A stretch of 64,000 bases of DNA from Flectonema sp. DT1601 (taxonomy: Eukaryota): the NCBI GenBank assembly GCA_964019425.1, contig OZ025788.1, forward strand, positions 930,001-994,000, in the 5' to 3' direction. The position numbers and the translations under genes were made by a program. Below are positions 33,868 through 46,800 of this stretch, piece by piece (the stretch's first letter is position 1; each line of letters begins with the position of its first letter). The notes below the pieces were generated by a model, which was not told the origin of the DNA, ran no database searches, and saw only the letters and a list, made by a program, of their open reading frames with translations.

Positions 33868-35943
33868 TTACGGTCGGTCTAGTAGTTCTCTGTCTTTGCG
33901 AACTACTTCAATGATTCTGTCTAGCTTTTCAACTTCGTGTTCAAGTTGACAAAGCGATGACTTTTCTACTTCTTTTCCCTTCTTCCCGACAGTTGGTTCT
34001 TCCTTCTCAGGAAGACCTCGTAAGTTAGGAGACAACTTCAGAGATGATACCATTCCACGATCATCACCCACAAGAATTATTGGTTCCTTAGGATTAAAAG
34101 TTATCCTTGTTAGCTTAGCTTTCTTTACTACCAGTTGGTCACACATTGGTTCGTGTTTGTTTTTAAACTGTTTTTTTATTTTATTTTATTTTCTTTGTAA
34201 GCATGCAAGAGTACGCTATTCAACAAACACATACCAAGTCATAAACATGAACGTGACCATCTGCCGTAACAGCAGCAAATACCGTGGAGCTGAACGGAGC
34301 CCAGGCAGCTTCACCAACGGCACTGTTTTTTTGAGTTTTTTTTATTTGTAAATAGTAACCAAGAAGAGAGGTGTAAACACAAATAGAACATACCTTCCGA
34401 GGTCAAAAGACATTAGCGGACGCTTAGAAGTGCGTTCCCATAATTTTACTGTCCAGTCAGCAGAAGCTGAGAGGAATACGCCACCGTGGAATTTATTCCA
34501 TTGAACAGAATAGAGACACATGTAGTGACCTTCAAATCCTTCAGCGTCGTGAGAATTGTATGCTGTTGAGCACTTTCGGATTTTACCTTCCTCCGTCCCG
34601 ACGATAAATTCAGAGTCTTGGAAGTCGAAACAAGTTCCACCTGAGAGACCTGCGAGTGACGCGTCTAAATCTTCACGTTCACCACCCAGACCTTCCGTTA
34701 TTTTTAATTCAGTAATGTCATTGTGTTGTAATTCATTCTTTGAAAGAATCCATTGTGTGACTCTACCATCACTGGATACTGAGTAGAATGATAAGTTTTT
34801 ACCATCTTCCTTTGCCCAATGTACTTGCCAGACTGGATCCATATGTTTACCAGTTCTAACTGTTGATTGGTATATTGGTTTGTTTGATCGTTGTCTAACA
34901 TCAAATACTAATACTGTTCCGTCATACAATCCACATGCGAGTAGACTAGCATGTTGATGATGAAATGAGATACACATGACTCCTGCTTCTGTTGTGAATG
35001 TGTACTCTGGAAATGACCAATTCTTTAAAGACCAACAATGAATCATTCCTGTTCCTTGTTTTAAAAATTCATACGATCCATAACCAACAGCGAATAGGTC
35101 GTTGTAACGAGGATTCCAACATATTGACGTAACAGTTTTCTTCTTAACAACTTCTGAAGTAAATTTCCACAGCGGTAGAAGAGTTCCAGAATCTGGTTTA
35201 TAAGGATCACCCATGTCATCCCAATACTTGAAATCATCTGTAATGTCATGACAGCTATTCTGGTTAACCATTCTCTCCATTGTTTTTAACGATAAAAGCA
35301 TCTGAGGACTGTTCAAGATGTCTTCGTTTTGTTCAACTCCCTGAATGTCGTCTCGTTTTTTATCATCTTTTCCTGACTTTCCTTTCTTTCCGACAGCTAC
35401 TTTTTGTTGCATTTCTTCTTCTTTATAGGCATCGTAGATGTCCCACTGACTTGCAATAGAAGAGAACGTAATAATCGGTGGTGGTTCTGTCATTATGTAT
35501 CGACTTCTTAAAGGGTTGTTAAAAGTTTGTGAAGCTCTGTCTGTGAAATTAAACTGATTTTTTAAAATTTTTGTTGATACTCCTTCCTGTTCTACTAACT
35601 CAGGATTCTTCTCTGCTTCTTCAGCTAATCGTAATGCTTTCATCTTCGACTGATGTTCTGCTTGTTGTTTCAAAGCTTCAGGGTCATTCACAGCTACTGC
35701 ATTTCCGTTAACAACTAAATGAAATGCTGTTTGATCCATCGTCGGGACTGGTTTGAAACAACGCTCGTCTTTCTTATGTGAGAAATAGTGTTCTTTATGC
35801 TCTCCTCTAGTTCCTCCAACATTTGGATTTGTTGCCTTTAATATTCTATCGATATAAGCAGCCAACTCCTCAGCGTCTAACTGCAGTGTTCCCGGCAATG
35901 TTACGAACTCCTTTGGAGGTTCATGGTACTGACCCTCAGCCAT
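33868..35943 (-). CDS. DNAI1: Axonemal outer-arm dynein intermediate chain (DNAI1/IC78-like, WD40); 3 exons (35943-34394, 34322-34235, 34167-33868), 645 aa
   Basis: [47 protein letters not shown] and VGTEEGKI. Splicing 71- and 67-nt introns restores [34 protein letters not shown]. Confidence 0.9.
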
Positions 35944-36125
35944 GGTTGTTTTGATGCTTAGGGTTTCCTATTTAATAATAAAATGAATTGTGTGTTTATG
36001 TGTATCGTTACAAGAAATACTTTAAAAGTAATAATTCCACCTCAAGGTTGCTCTCATCCAATAAAGATATTTATGGTAAATGTTAAGTGTAATGATACCC
36101 AGTTGACGCCTCTCACAATCATCGT

Positions 36126-37196
36126 TTAGGTGGGTGGTTGCTGTTCTTGGAGTATTTTCTTACCCTCCAACATATCAGCAAAGTGTGAGTCAAACATCGA
36201 TCCAGCAAAAGCTGTTAAAAGAATGTGTGACCTGCCAAGTGCAGCAGCATAGTCAGCGAGTGTTAGTTTTGTTTGCTTCGCTTTAAATAATTTATCATCT
36301 TCTTCCATTAGTGATAAAACATGCTGCGCTAGTAACGCACGTCGCGGGTGGGGTTGGGCATCACGGGAGCCAACCCATTCACCGCGGCTGACCTTTTTTA
36401 AATCCTTCAACGTGATGATATCTGGACCCGGGTAGCCCAACTTTCGCTCCTTAGCTGTTGTGGTTACTTTCCACTTAAGGAATGCTTCTGAAGATACTAG
36501 TCGGAAGAAACATTGATATATTATGAGGTATTTTTTGGGAGTAGAAAAGATGCGTTCAACTACTTGTCGAATACAACTCAGAGGGAAAAGTTCATTTTGA
36601 GAAAGAATATCGAAGACTTGGCTGAGATCCTCGTCAGGCATTTCAGAGAAGAATTTTGTTTGAAACACTTCGGTAAAGTCAGACTTTCCAATAAAAGCTT
36701 CCAATCCCATCTCTGTTCCGTAAGCTGCTAAGCATTCTATTAAAGTATTTGAGATGAATCCAGAATCGAATCGATCTACTTTTTGAGAAAACATGTGATT
36801 TTTAGCAGCTTCTGGATTCATACAAGGATGTTCATTTAGCTTTGGCATGTAGTAATGAAGTTTGTAATTTGCTTCATCGCAATGACCGTTTGCGAGTTGT
36901 TTTGCTGCGAGCATTTCTCTCTGTTCTTGGATAGCTTCATAGTAAGCGCGGTTTTGTTCTGCCATTCGTCGGATGGCTGAAGTAAACTGGTCGTCACCAG
37001 CAGACCATTTCTGCTGCTGTTCGTCGATCTCTTGATAAGAAGTCTCATCGTCTTTCCATTTCATCCTCAGACCCTGTCGGTGTGTTTGACATTCAGTTCG
37101 GAGTTTTTCAATTTTTCGATTTTTACGTCTTTTGAGAGACGCTTTTGAAACCGATTTCTCTACTTTTTCCTCACCCTCTCTGCTACTCAACGCCAT
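36126..37196 (-). CDS. Hypothetical protein, possibly with degenerate EF-hands
   Basis: Long intact ORF. Weak EF-like segments FIGKSDFTEVF, IITLKDLKK, KLTLADYAAAL. Confidence 0.6.
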   Translation of the reverse strand: MALSSREGEEKVEKSVSKASLKRRKNRKIEKLRTECQTHRQGLRMKWKDDETSYQEIDEQQQKWSAGDDQFTSAIRRMAEQNRAYYEAIQEQREMLAAKQLANGHCDEANYKLHYYMPKLNEHPCMNPEAAKNHMFSQKVDRFDSGFISNTLIECLAAYGTEMGLEAFIGKSDFTEVFQTKFFSEMPDEDLSQVFDILSQNELFPLSCIRQVVERIFSTPKKYLIIYQCFFRLVSSEAFLKWKVTTTAKERKLGYPGPDIITLKDLKKVSRGEWVGSRDAQPHPRRALLAQHVLSLMEEDDKLFKAKQTKLTLADYAAALGRSHILLTAFAGSMFDSHFADMLEGKKILQEQQPPT

Positions 37197-37667
37197 CACC
37201 TTATAATCAGACTTCGGACAACCTCAGTCACATACATCACTTCTGCTTTATAACAGGTCGTATCTATAAAAAGAGTTATAAAAACATTCTATATCGAAGA
37301 CAACAACCATCACCAAACAACAAAACATAACTGCTCAATAAACACTACGGTAGTGGTGCTATTGTTGATTACATAATCAAAAAAAAAAAAAAAAAAGTTA
37401 TAAAAATATATTTAAGAAAGAGATGTCAGATTGACTACATGAGCTAATGACGTATCGCCTCACCAAAAACGATGATTTATTGATTTTTAATTAAGGATTT
37501 TCCATTTTAAAAAATGAAAAAATAAATAAAATGGAATAATAATATCATAACAGCAACAAAATCTTTTGCTAACGTCTCAAAGAAGAAAAAAAAAAAAAAA
37601 AAGGAAAAGCACTCAATGGTGATAAGTATAAAAGTGTAAATTTCGGTATTACTTCTCAATAATAGTT

Positions 37668-40010
37668 TTATTCTTTTTTTAAAACATGGGCTCCAGGTAA
37701 TTCACAAAGTGTAATTCCATCAGCGTGTTCACTTTCTGAGGGTAATGAAGCTGCCTCATTTTCATCCATTATTGTGATGCGACCTTCAACCACTGGTTTG
37801 ATTACTCCGGTAGAGAGACCTTCGAACCCCTCATCATAGGGCTGGGCTGAACTAAGTTTTCGACCAACTGCCTTCATAATACGAACTCCTGCTCTACGAA
37901 TGGTTGTGTCAACACTTAGGTGACTTGCAACACTTGGTTCTCTTGTAAACCATTCTGTATGACTGCTTTGTGTTGGTGAGTTGTTTCCAGAAGCACACAT
38001 CAACACTTCACCCCAATTTTGCAAAAATAAATAATTTCGTAGTAAAACTGGAAGAATTATTCCTTGCTCACGATCCACGACTCGTTCTCTCTTTGCGAAA
38101 ACATCATAACCATCATGACCTCTAGCTAAATAATCTGATGTTGCTAGTCGATATGTTTTATCTGAGCAGTAAGACTCATAACGACCAGTTTCTCTATTTA
38201 AAATTGTTAAATCGTACACTCGATGCGGAGATGTCGGTTCAAAGCAAAACCTAATTCCAGAAACCTGAGGAAATCGACCATCATGATTTGGGTATCTACT
38301 AACACCAGATTGAAGTGCTGAATAAATCTCATCACCTGTTACTGCTATAACTACAATAGGATCTTCCATTGGTACGATACTCATGAGATCACTCAGTGTA
38401 ATAGGTCCAGGGTCTATTACTGTATCCGCACGTAGACATCCACCTTGAAGTAAGGCAACATCACAGTGAACAAAATGGTAGTACCATCTTATTATATCAG
38501 TCGCCCAATTTCCAATTGCTGCTTCCTGTGTTCTAACGCAACTAAAACGACAATCGATTGAGACTGATGTTTTTGCTACGACTTTACAACTTCTATCGTC
38601 AACTAATATTTCATTATTATCAACTACTGCAGACATGTCAGAGTCTCGTTCATAGTCGGATGTTATTTCAAACTTTCGAACAGCTACCGAGATTGGATCA
38701 TTCGAGTCGTGTCCTTCTAACATTCTTACTGAAGGAATGCTGAGACATATTACTGAAAACGTTTTGAAATCTGATCCACTTTTTACCACATGAGTTCCTT
38801 CAACTACAGAGTGAGAGTATTCGTGATCATGACCACCAAGAATGATATCAATGTCAGGACAGTTGAGGGCTAAAAGTTCATCATTTGGTTGTCTCATGTG
38901 AGTGAGTGCTATAATCACTTGAACTCCAAGAGATTTTAACTCTTCTGTTGCTGTGTTTGCTTCAGTTATCATGTCGTGATATTCAACATCATGAGGGAGT
39001 TGTCCACATGTTTCTATCCAATCCTGTTCAACTATTCCTATGATTCCGACACGAACACCTTCCCAATTAAAAATTTTAAATCTCTCACAACCTCCTAGTG
39101 TTTTATTTCTATGAGTCACATTTGTTAACAGCCACGGAAATTCGCATTGCTCTCGCAGTTCTTCGAATCTGTCAAGACCGAAGTCTAAATCATGATTACC
39201 TACACAAGCAGCTTCAACGTGTAATCCATTAAGAACTGGTACCATGTATCCTCCTTGAGTTACAGCAGCAGTAATACTTGGACTGAACGCATCTCCACTA
39301 AACAAGACGTGAGGTGTGCATAGCGGCGATGCCATTTGCTTAAGAGCTGTTGCGAATCTGGCGCATCCACCTACAGGTTCTTTTTTAGATTCAGAACAGT
39401 GATAAACATCATTAAAGTGAAGTATAGTCAGACTTGATATTCTCATCGGGGCACTCTTTATATCACCACTCATCATTGATGATCTACAGTGAGGAGCTTG
39501 AAATAAACCGATAGCACGTTGAACACATTCAGAAGATCCTTGTTGGGTCATTCTAAGTTGAAGAATGTCACCTAACAGTCGATCAATAAGAATTTGACTT
39601 TTAAGTTTTGGTAATAACGTTAGAATAAGTTGAGCCGCACTCTCAGGGGTGTCCTGAGGGTAGAGTTCTCCTTTTAGGTGTCGTAGTTTTTCTAAATCAG
39701 ACTCAACAGAAAAACATTTTTGTTTCACTCGCAACAGCTCTTCTTCTAAAGGTCTTGTCGAATCAACCCGTCGAGAGTACATAACTTCTTTTCGAAGTAT
39801 TGCTATTTCTTGTTGGAGTTGACGAATGTCTTCATCATTTGATGATCTTCCAATACGAATCTTAATTCTAGACAGTAAATATTCTAATGGCTCATCAGGT
39901 CTCTCAGACAACACTTCATTCATTAACGAGTTAAACAATGAGTGTAATGAATGTTTCTTCACGTAATTCATGATTATTGCTGTTCCTTCATCAGTTTGGT
40001 TTTTAGGCAT
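37668..40010 (-). CDS. RIIa/Dpy-30-like docking domain fused to a 5'-nucleotidase (metallophosphoesterase + C-terminal domain)
   Basis: N-terminal YVKKHSLHSLFNSLMNEVLSERPDEPLEYL. Intact HFNDVYH, SGDAF, GNHDLDFG, LTHM, GGHDH, GRFPQVSG and YLARGHDGY. No signal peptide. Confidence 0.85.
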   Translation of the reverse strand: MPKNQTDEGTAIIMNYVKKHSLHSLFNSLMNEVLSERPDEPLEYLLSRIKIRIGRSSNDEDIRQLQQEIAILRKEVMYSRRVDSTRPLEEELLRVKQKCFSVESDLEKLRHLKGELYPQDTPESAAQLILTLLPKLKSQILIDRLLGDILQLRMTQQGSSECVQRAIGLFQAPHCRSSMMSGDIKSAPMRISSLTILHFNDVYHCSESKKEPVGGCARFATALKQMASPLCTPHVLFSGDAFSPSITAAVTQGGYMVPVLNGLHVEAACVGNHDLDFGLDRFEELREQCEFPWLLTNVTHRNKTLGGCERFKIFNWEGVRVGIIGIVEQDWIETCGQLPHDVEYHDMITEANTATEELKSLGVQVIIALTHMRQPNDELLALNCPDIDIILGGHDHEYSHSVVEGTHVVKSGSDFKTFSVICLSIPSVRMLEGHDSNDPISVAVRKFEITSDYERDSDMSAVVDNNEILVDDRSCKVVAKTSVSIDCRFSCVRTQEAAIGNWATDIIRWYYHFVHCDVALLQGGCLRADTVIDPGPITLSDLMSIVPMEDPIVVIAVTGDEIYSALQSGVSRYPNHDGRFPQVSGIRFCFEPTSPHRVYDLTILNRETGRYESYCSDKTYRLATSDYLARGHDGYDVFAKRERVVDREQGIILPVLLRNYLFLQNWGEVLMCASGNNSPTQSSHTEWFTREPSVASHLSVDTTIRRAGVRIMKAVGRKLSSAQPYDEGFEGLSTGVIKPVVEGRITIMDENEAASLPSESEHADGITLCELPGAHVLKKE

Positions 40011-40271
40011 TATTAATAAACACACTAATGGGAGAGGGAAAAGGAGAGAGGGGGTACCCTGAGACCCAACCTGATTAAAAAAAAAATTTTAATTCTGGCG
40101 GAATGACATAAACAACTTACTTAGTATTAAAAAAACAAAGAGCAAAATCGTCATCACAGAAGCGAAGAGAAGCAATAAAAAAGATTTTAAAAAAAAACTG
40201 AACAGCGCGAACCGAGTGGCGTGTAATTGTTTAAAAAAGAAACGAAACAAAAATAACTTAACCTAATATAA

Positions 40272-43200
40272 CTATCCATAATATGGGTTAAATCCCGGAT
40301 GCGGTGTTTCATCAAAATAATGCTGCTCATCAATACAGATTCCATCACTGTCATCTGATGTGAAATTGCACCAAGTTCTTGGAGCATATGGACGGAAGAT
40401 GCATCGAAGCCGTCGCATATCACAACCACAACCATTGTATGTTGGGCATCTGTGATCAGCTTTACCAGTTATTGTTGGTATCGTTTTATCAACGTAGTGA
40501 GGATCAAACGTCATCTGACAACGACATTGTTGATGACCACAACTAATACTTCCATCACATGATCCGACAACAGTCGGACAAACACCAAAATAACTGTCAT
40601 TATGAACACTACTGACGTAAGTACAATTCGGAACTAACCACTGATGAGGCTCTTCTCTTTTCCAAGCTAAACTCTTAACATGTCCTGAAGAATAATAATG
40701 ATATGGTGGAGGAGCACGTGCCCAAGATGGAATAGGACAACACCAATTATTACCATTGAGCGTTCTATTTGAGGAATGTTTAATCCAATCAGGTATGAGA
40801 CCAATGAGTTGATTATTCTCAAGTCCTACATGTGAGATTGGTTCTGTCCAACCGTACTGTTTAAATGGAGCTACACCAACAAGCATATTATCACCAACAT
40901 CGAAATCAATCATTGGCAGTCCTAATGGAGAAGGTATCGATCCTGTGAGCATCCCACCGGTTACTCTAAAGGTCTTTAACGTTCTATGACGAACCAATCC
41001 AGTTGGTAGTTCACCAATAGCATTATTATATGATAAGTCCAGGTGTTCCATTGCGTATTGTCTATCTTCGTTAAGGTAATGGTCAGGAATAATCCCAGAG
41101 AGTGAATTGTAAGAAAGGTTTAAATGTTTTAAATTCCACAACCTGACTATCCAAGGAAACCCTCCACCGTCAGCTGATTGGAAATAATTATCTCCCAACT
41201 TAAGTGTAGAGATACTAAGTGGAAGTTTGTATTCATCAATAGTACCGTTGAGCATATTCGATGACAAATCAATGGTTGTTAAATTCTGAAGTGACGTAAG
41301 CCCAACATCATGCAAGGAACCACTCAAACTATAATAAGGTAATTCTAATGCCGATACATAACCCAATGCATTGCACGTTACACCCGACCATGATACTCCT
41401 GTTTTTCTTTTTTTTTGATGCAGATATTCTTTCGTTGGTTGATACGATCAGATTCTTATAAATAAAATAAAAAACACACCATCGGCATAACCACAAGCCC
41501 TTCCTTTAAGCCAACCAGATAATGGAGTTGGTATGGAGGTCGCAGGTTTAATAATGTGAACTGATTTGATATAAAAGAATCCAGAAGTGATCGCATTGAA
41601 ATCAACGATATCAATTGTAACGTATTGATGTAAGAACTTTCTTACTTGAGATCCACTGAATGAAATCGTACACGGATTACTACTACACACTCGTTGAGTC
41701 GACACATAAGAATCATTCCATTGAATTGCAATACCAGCAAACCTACCAGATGATGATGTTTCATTGTAAGGAATGGGACCTTCGAACGTGTCTGTGGTCC
41801 AGGATGCTTGTGCTGCACGGATTTCTATTTCCACGTGGATCTCAGTATTCCAACCAATTAAGAATATCGGAGACCTGATAATATTAATAGTCGTGGTATC
41901 ATTTCCAACAAATAGACCGTCATACCCGGCAGTGATTCCTCTACTCTCCTCAACCCATGCACCTGATGGTTGTGCAAACTGTGAAAGTACTGATGAGGTA
42001 CTGTAGTAAATGTTACTATCATAAATATCCTGCCAGGCTCCACGTACTTCACTCAGTGGATGTTCAACACATTTCTGAGTTTCGTAATGCCACACACATC
42101 GAGGATGTAACTCACACTGATAATTATCACCCAGATCGGTAGTGTATCGCACTCCTTGTTGGTTAGGATGCCCACGTGCTGTTTTGTTGTTTTGTTTTTT
42201 TTTTATTTCTTGTTCTCCGAACGAAGATAATACGAAAACAGAAAACAGTCACATACCCGTTGTGTATTGGTCACAGTCAAATGGTCTAAAATTATAATAG
42301 GGATCACAATCATCTGAAGAGATGTCAGTGCAAACAGAAATACGATCGATATTGAGCTCACCAGTATTGACACGACACGTTGATGCAGAAAAGAGTGTTG
42401 AGTTGTGTGAGGCATCAGAAAAGTGAGTAAGCGTGATACGTCGTGAGAACTGACAAATATCATTCTGCGCATCGTATTGACAGCATCCAGGAGAGCTTTC
42501 TTTTATTGACTGTTGTCTACAACAATATAAACAAAGATCTTCTGATTTCACATCATAAACACCTGGAACAACACTACAACTTAAGGTCTCCAATTCGTCA
42601 CTCAAACAACTACTATTTCTTGTCATATTATGGCACCAGGAATCAGGTGTTTCGGTTCCTGGCTGTGCATGTAATACAGTGATCACTTCTTGTGTGTGAT
42701 TCCATAGTACAGAATTACACACAACAGCTCCATCTAAAGTAATGTTAACAGTCGCTGCCAAGGTGTTGTTTAGTTCAGTTCCGTATGAGAAAATAACAGC
42801 AAGACGATGCCATGACTGTGGAAGTACAGCATAAGAAAACCCAGGATTACCACATGTCCAACTATGAACACCCGATTCAAGAAGGATTCCATCATACGGC
42901 GATGCTGTAATTTGAAGGTGTTTGAACTCTGATTCTGGATCTGTGTTTCCATTACTCTTATAGTAGTCAGATGATAAATGAAATATTGCTTTACTTGTCA
43001 CAACTGGAACTGTTGTTTTAGGAATTCGAAACCACCATGAAATACTAGAAGGGGAGTAGACACCTCTCTTTCCAAGCTTTACTTGAGTTACATCATGTCT
43101 TACTAATAAACTATAAGGAGGATCAACCCAATAGTTGCTGTCTAGTTCTCTGTGTAATTCTGAGTGAACCATTGAAAGAGTTTCATTATTATCAAAGTGT

Positions 43201-43511
43201 TGATACAGTCGATCGACGTGTATTTCATATGTCTCAGTGTCAGTAAACTCACGTGTTGGTGTGAATGTATTTGTTTGTGATGTTTGTGTTGTTGTTGCCG
43301 TTGGTAAAGATTTGGAATACGATTCTGTCGGTAAACTTATCGTTGGGCTTTCACTTCCTGTTGGAATACTTTCACTAATTGTTTTTGATATTGAATCTGA
43401 CTCTGACTCTGACTCGCTTAATGTTGACGTCCACGTTGACGTTCTAGTCACTCCTTCACTCAACCCAACAAGTGATAATAAAAATACCAACAGTGACACA
43501 ACACACAACAT
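40272..43511 (-). CDS. Secreted/surface protein with S/T-rich stalk, beta-sandwich region, Cys-rich modules and plant-type LRRs; 3 exons (43511-42257, 42178-41480, 41398-40272), ~1026 aa
   Basis: Signal peptide. Introns of 78 and 81 nt join three ORFs in frame, and the third exon begins with the LRR cap WSGVTCN. LxLSxNxLxGxIP repeats follow. The second donor could alternatively lie 12 nt upstream. Confidence 0.75.
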
Positions 43512-43810
43512 AGTTATCTTAATCTAAAATGTGTGTGGAATTATTTTTTGTTAAAAAACATGAGTTTTGTTTATGTGTGTGAAATACATAGTTTCAGGAC
43601 AGCAGGATGGCATGTTCTTACGCTGATTAAAAGAAAAGAAAAATAACAATAATTCCGCAATGAGAATACCAGCTAACACGTAAAAAGAAAAACAATAAAA
43701 TAATAAGTCTAAAGATATCAGTAAGATTACAGGTGGCTATTTTTTTTTTTTTTTTTTTTTTTTTTTTCTATTCTTTAGCGGCGTAAGAAACACAATTCTT
43801 ATTGCAACCA

Positions 43811-46800
43811 TCAAAGAGACATAGGGGACAAACTTCCAACATCACTACCAGTTCCATCTAAACAGTGATTTCGATGCCATGTTTTCATAGCTGCAAAAAA
43901 GGCCACCGGATCAGAAGCAGCTTTATACAGAGAGAGAACTTCTTGAAGAGACTCTTGAATGTGACTGTTAGCAGCTTCGAGGGAGTTACGACGGTGCTGC
44001 CACAATGATTTATCTTGATAATACTGCCCACGGAGAGCAATCAGTTCACCCTCAGTACTCTCAATAGAACAGTCTTTCAATGGTTGGCTAACTTCCGAAA
44101 CCATAAGTGAACCAGCAGCTTGAAGCTCTGACAACTTCTCCAAAAGAATTGTATTCTGACGATCTCCTTCTTGAAGTGAATGCTCTAATGCCGTGAGTCT
44201 CTCAATCAAACTCGCATTGCACTCAATAAGACAACTATTGCATTGCTCTAAGTCAGCGTGATGCATATCAGCTTCTGATATTTGCAATTCTAAATTAGCA
44301 ATCTTTTCTCTGAGAGATTCGGAAGAACGTTCTTCTGTTGCGAGTTTCTTTCGTGAAGCTCCGAGATGTTCTTCTATTAGATTCATTTGTTTTTTTAAAA
44401 TAGCATCTAATCTGGTAACCAACTCTAATGATATTACAGAACCATCTCCACTGTTGACATCTCGAGGAACTACTTCATAAGATGATTTGTTTAAAGGACG
44501 TGATGATGATTGAAGTTCAGCTTCCAACTGAAGTATCCTCCTCGTTAAATTATCATTATTATTACGAAGGCGATGTTCCAATGTTTCAGTACGTTCAGTG
44601 AGTACAATGTTACAGTGTTCTAGTGCTTTTTGATTGTTCGTTGCAACGTCTAGGCTGTGATGAAGGCTTTCGTTCTCTTCATGAAGTTGCTCCAAGGCAG
44701 ATAATTTATCTTGTAGCATTGATACGTGTTCTCGTAATAAAGATTCGTCTTCAGTTGATTTTGATGATCGCCCTTTAGAATACAAATCGTTCTTCTGTTG
44801 TAATTCTGCGATTTTATTTCGTAACATATCAACCTCCTGTTGAGTTGAGGAGGCGCATTTATTTGCAGCAACCAACTGAGAGCGTAGGTCTTCCACGCAG
44901 TTAATCAGATCTTCCTTTTCTGTGATATCAGTGCTGGTACTGTCATCCAATGTAGACTGCTTCTCTCGTAGACGAGAAGAAAGAGAAACAATTTGAACTT
45001 TTAGTGACGCAATCAATTGCGAATCCAGGAGCAATTCTTGCAAACGAGACTTTAAAGATTTATTTTCATTCATTGCGATGATTAATTTCTCTTCAGATTC
45101 ACTGGTTGGTACTTCCTGCTCAATCACAACAGCCAACCTTGACTGTAATTGATTGATATTCATGGTAAGCGTATTATTTTGTTTCTGAAGAGTAGAACAA
45201 GTATCTTTCAGTGTCTGATTCTGTGAAGGAAAATGTTCCCTTACTAATTGACTACATTTATGTTCAACAGTACAAGAAGCTGCATTCTTAAAGAGATCTG
45301 AATACAATTTGTCGACGGTTGCTCTCAACAGTTGAAGTTGATGAGTTAGATCAGCGTTAACTTGTTCTAATTTATACATCGCGCCTTCAGCTAGTTGAGA
45401 CACTTCAGGATATAAAGAAACGTTTTCTTTGATTCGATTATTAGTTTCAATCAGGATTGTATTTTGTTTTGTGAGATCGTCGCATTTATTTTGAAGTTCC
45501 TCAAAGAACCCAACGTCATGGCAATCATCAGACTGGATACGATTGAGATACTCAGACATAGTTTGGTTTTGTTTATATAGTGAAGCACATCGTCGCTCTA
45601 AGGCGAACACTCTTTCAGACGTATTTACAGATGCAAGTTGTGATTGCAAGTCAGATATCTTAGCAGTAAGGCTTTCTTTATCATCTAATAGTGAAGTACA
45701 ACTCTGTTCTAAAACTCTAATCTTTTCGAATGTCAATTTAGCTTCTCTCTTCTTCGATGGTGAAGTATTCAGTAACTGTGACCTCAACGATTCAATGTGT
45801 GTATTTAATTCCTTTTTCTCAAACAACAACCCTGCCCGTTCCTCTTCCAAAGCTGCTTTGTTATCATGTGAAGTACGAGAAGGAACTGACTCTATATGGG
45901 TAAGTAACATTTTATTTTCTTCTATCAGATCTTCACACTGGTTCTGTAAGGATACTATTTGTTGACCTGCTGTGGTCAGATTTGATTGGAGGGATTCCTT
46001 TTCACTAATTAGTTCTCCGCATTGCTGTTCAAGTTCTGTGTTATCTTTCTCGTGTAGTAATTCTGAGTGTTGTTTTGTCAAGGTTGTGAACTCTTGCTCT
46101 CTGACACGTACTTCGTTCTGTGTCGATTCTAGTGTCAGCTCCAACTCGTCCTTCTCGTGTGAAAGGTTCGAATAACGAGTTTCTAAGTCTTTCTCTCTGT
46201 TTTCAAAGTTTTCCAAAAGGGTTGTTAAATTACTCTTCTCGTTTGTTAAATTCGAACAGAGCTCTTCTAATGTTGTTATTTTGTCTTCGTCATCTGAGTG
46301 GATGTGTAGCTGCTCTTTGAGTTGTTTAGTAACTGAGAGAAGTCTTGTGTTCTCATTAGTTAAAAGTGAGTGTTGCTGTTCCAGTTCTGAAATCCTTGAT
46401 GCAGAAGACAACAGTTCTTCATCGTGATTGTGTACAGCTGTGAGTTGTGATTGAAGGTTTTCTGAGTACAGTTGTTGTTTTTGTTTGTCTTCCATTAAAG
46501 AAGTACATTGATGTTCTAATTCTACAATTCTGTCACCCGAAAGTTTCTCTTCTTCTAAACAACTGCGTGCAGTAATTAACTTCGCCTCACTTTCCTCAAG
46601 GTTTACTCGAAGGGTTTCCTTTTCCTGTATTAAAGAAGTACAGTTCTGCTCAAGTTCGATAAGTCGAGCACTCGATGATATCTCGTCCTGCAGTTGGGAT
46701 TTCAGAACCTCACATTCCGACATCAGATGGTTGTTGTCGTCCTGCAGTAGTTGAAATCTTTCTTCCAGTTCTGGGACTCCAGTTGAAAGTACTTCGAGGT

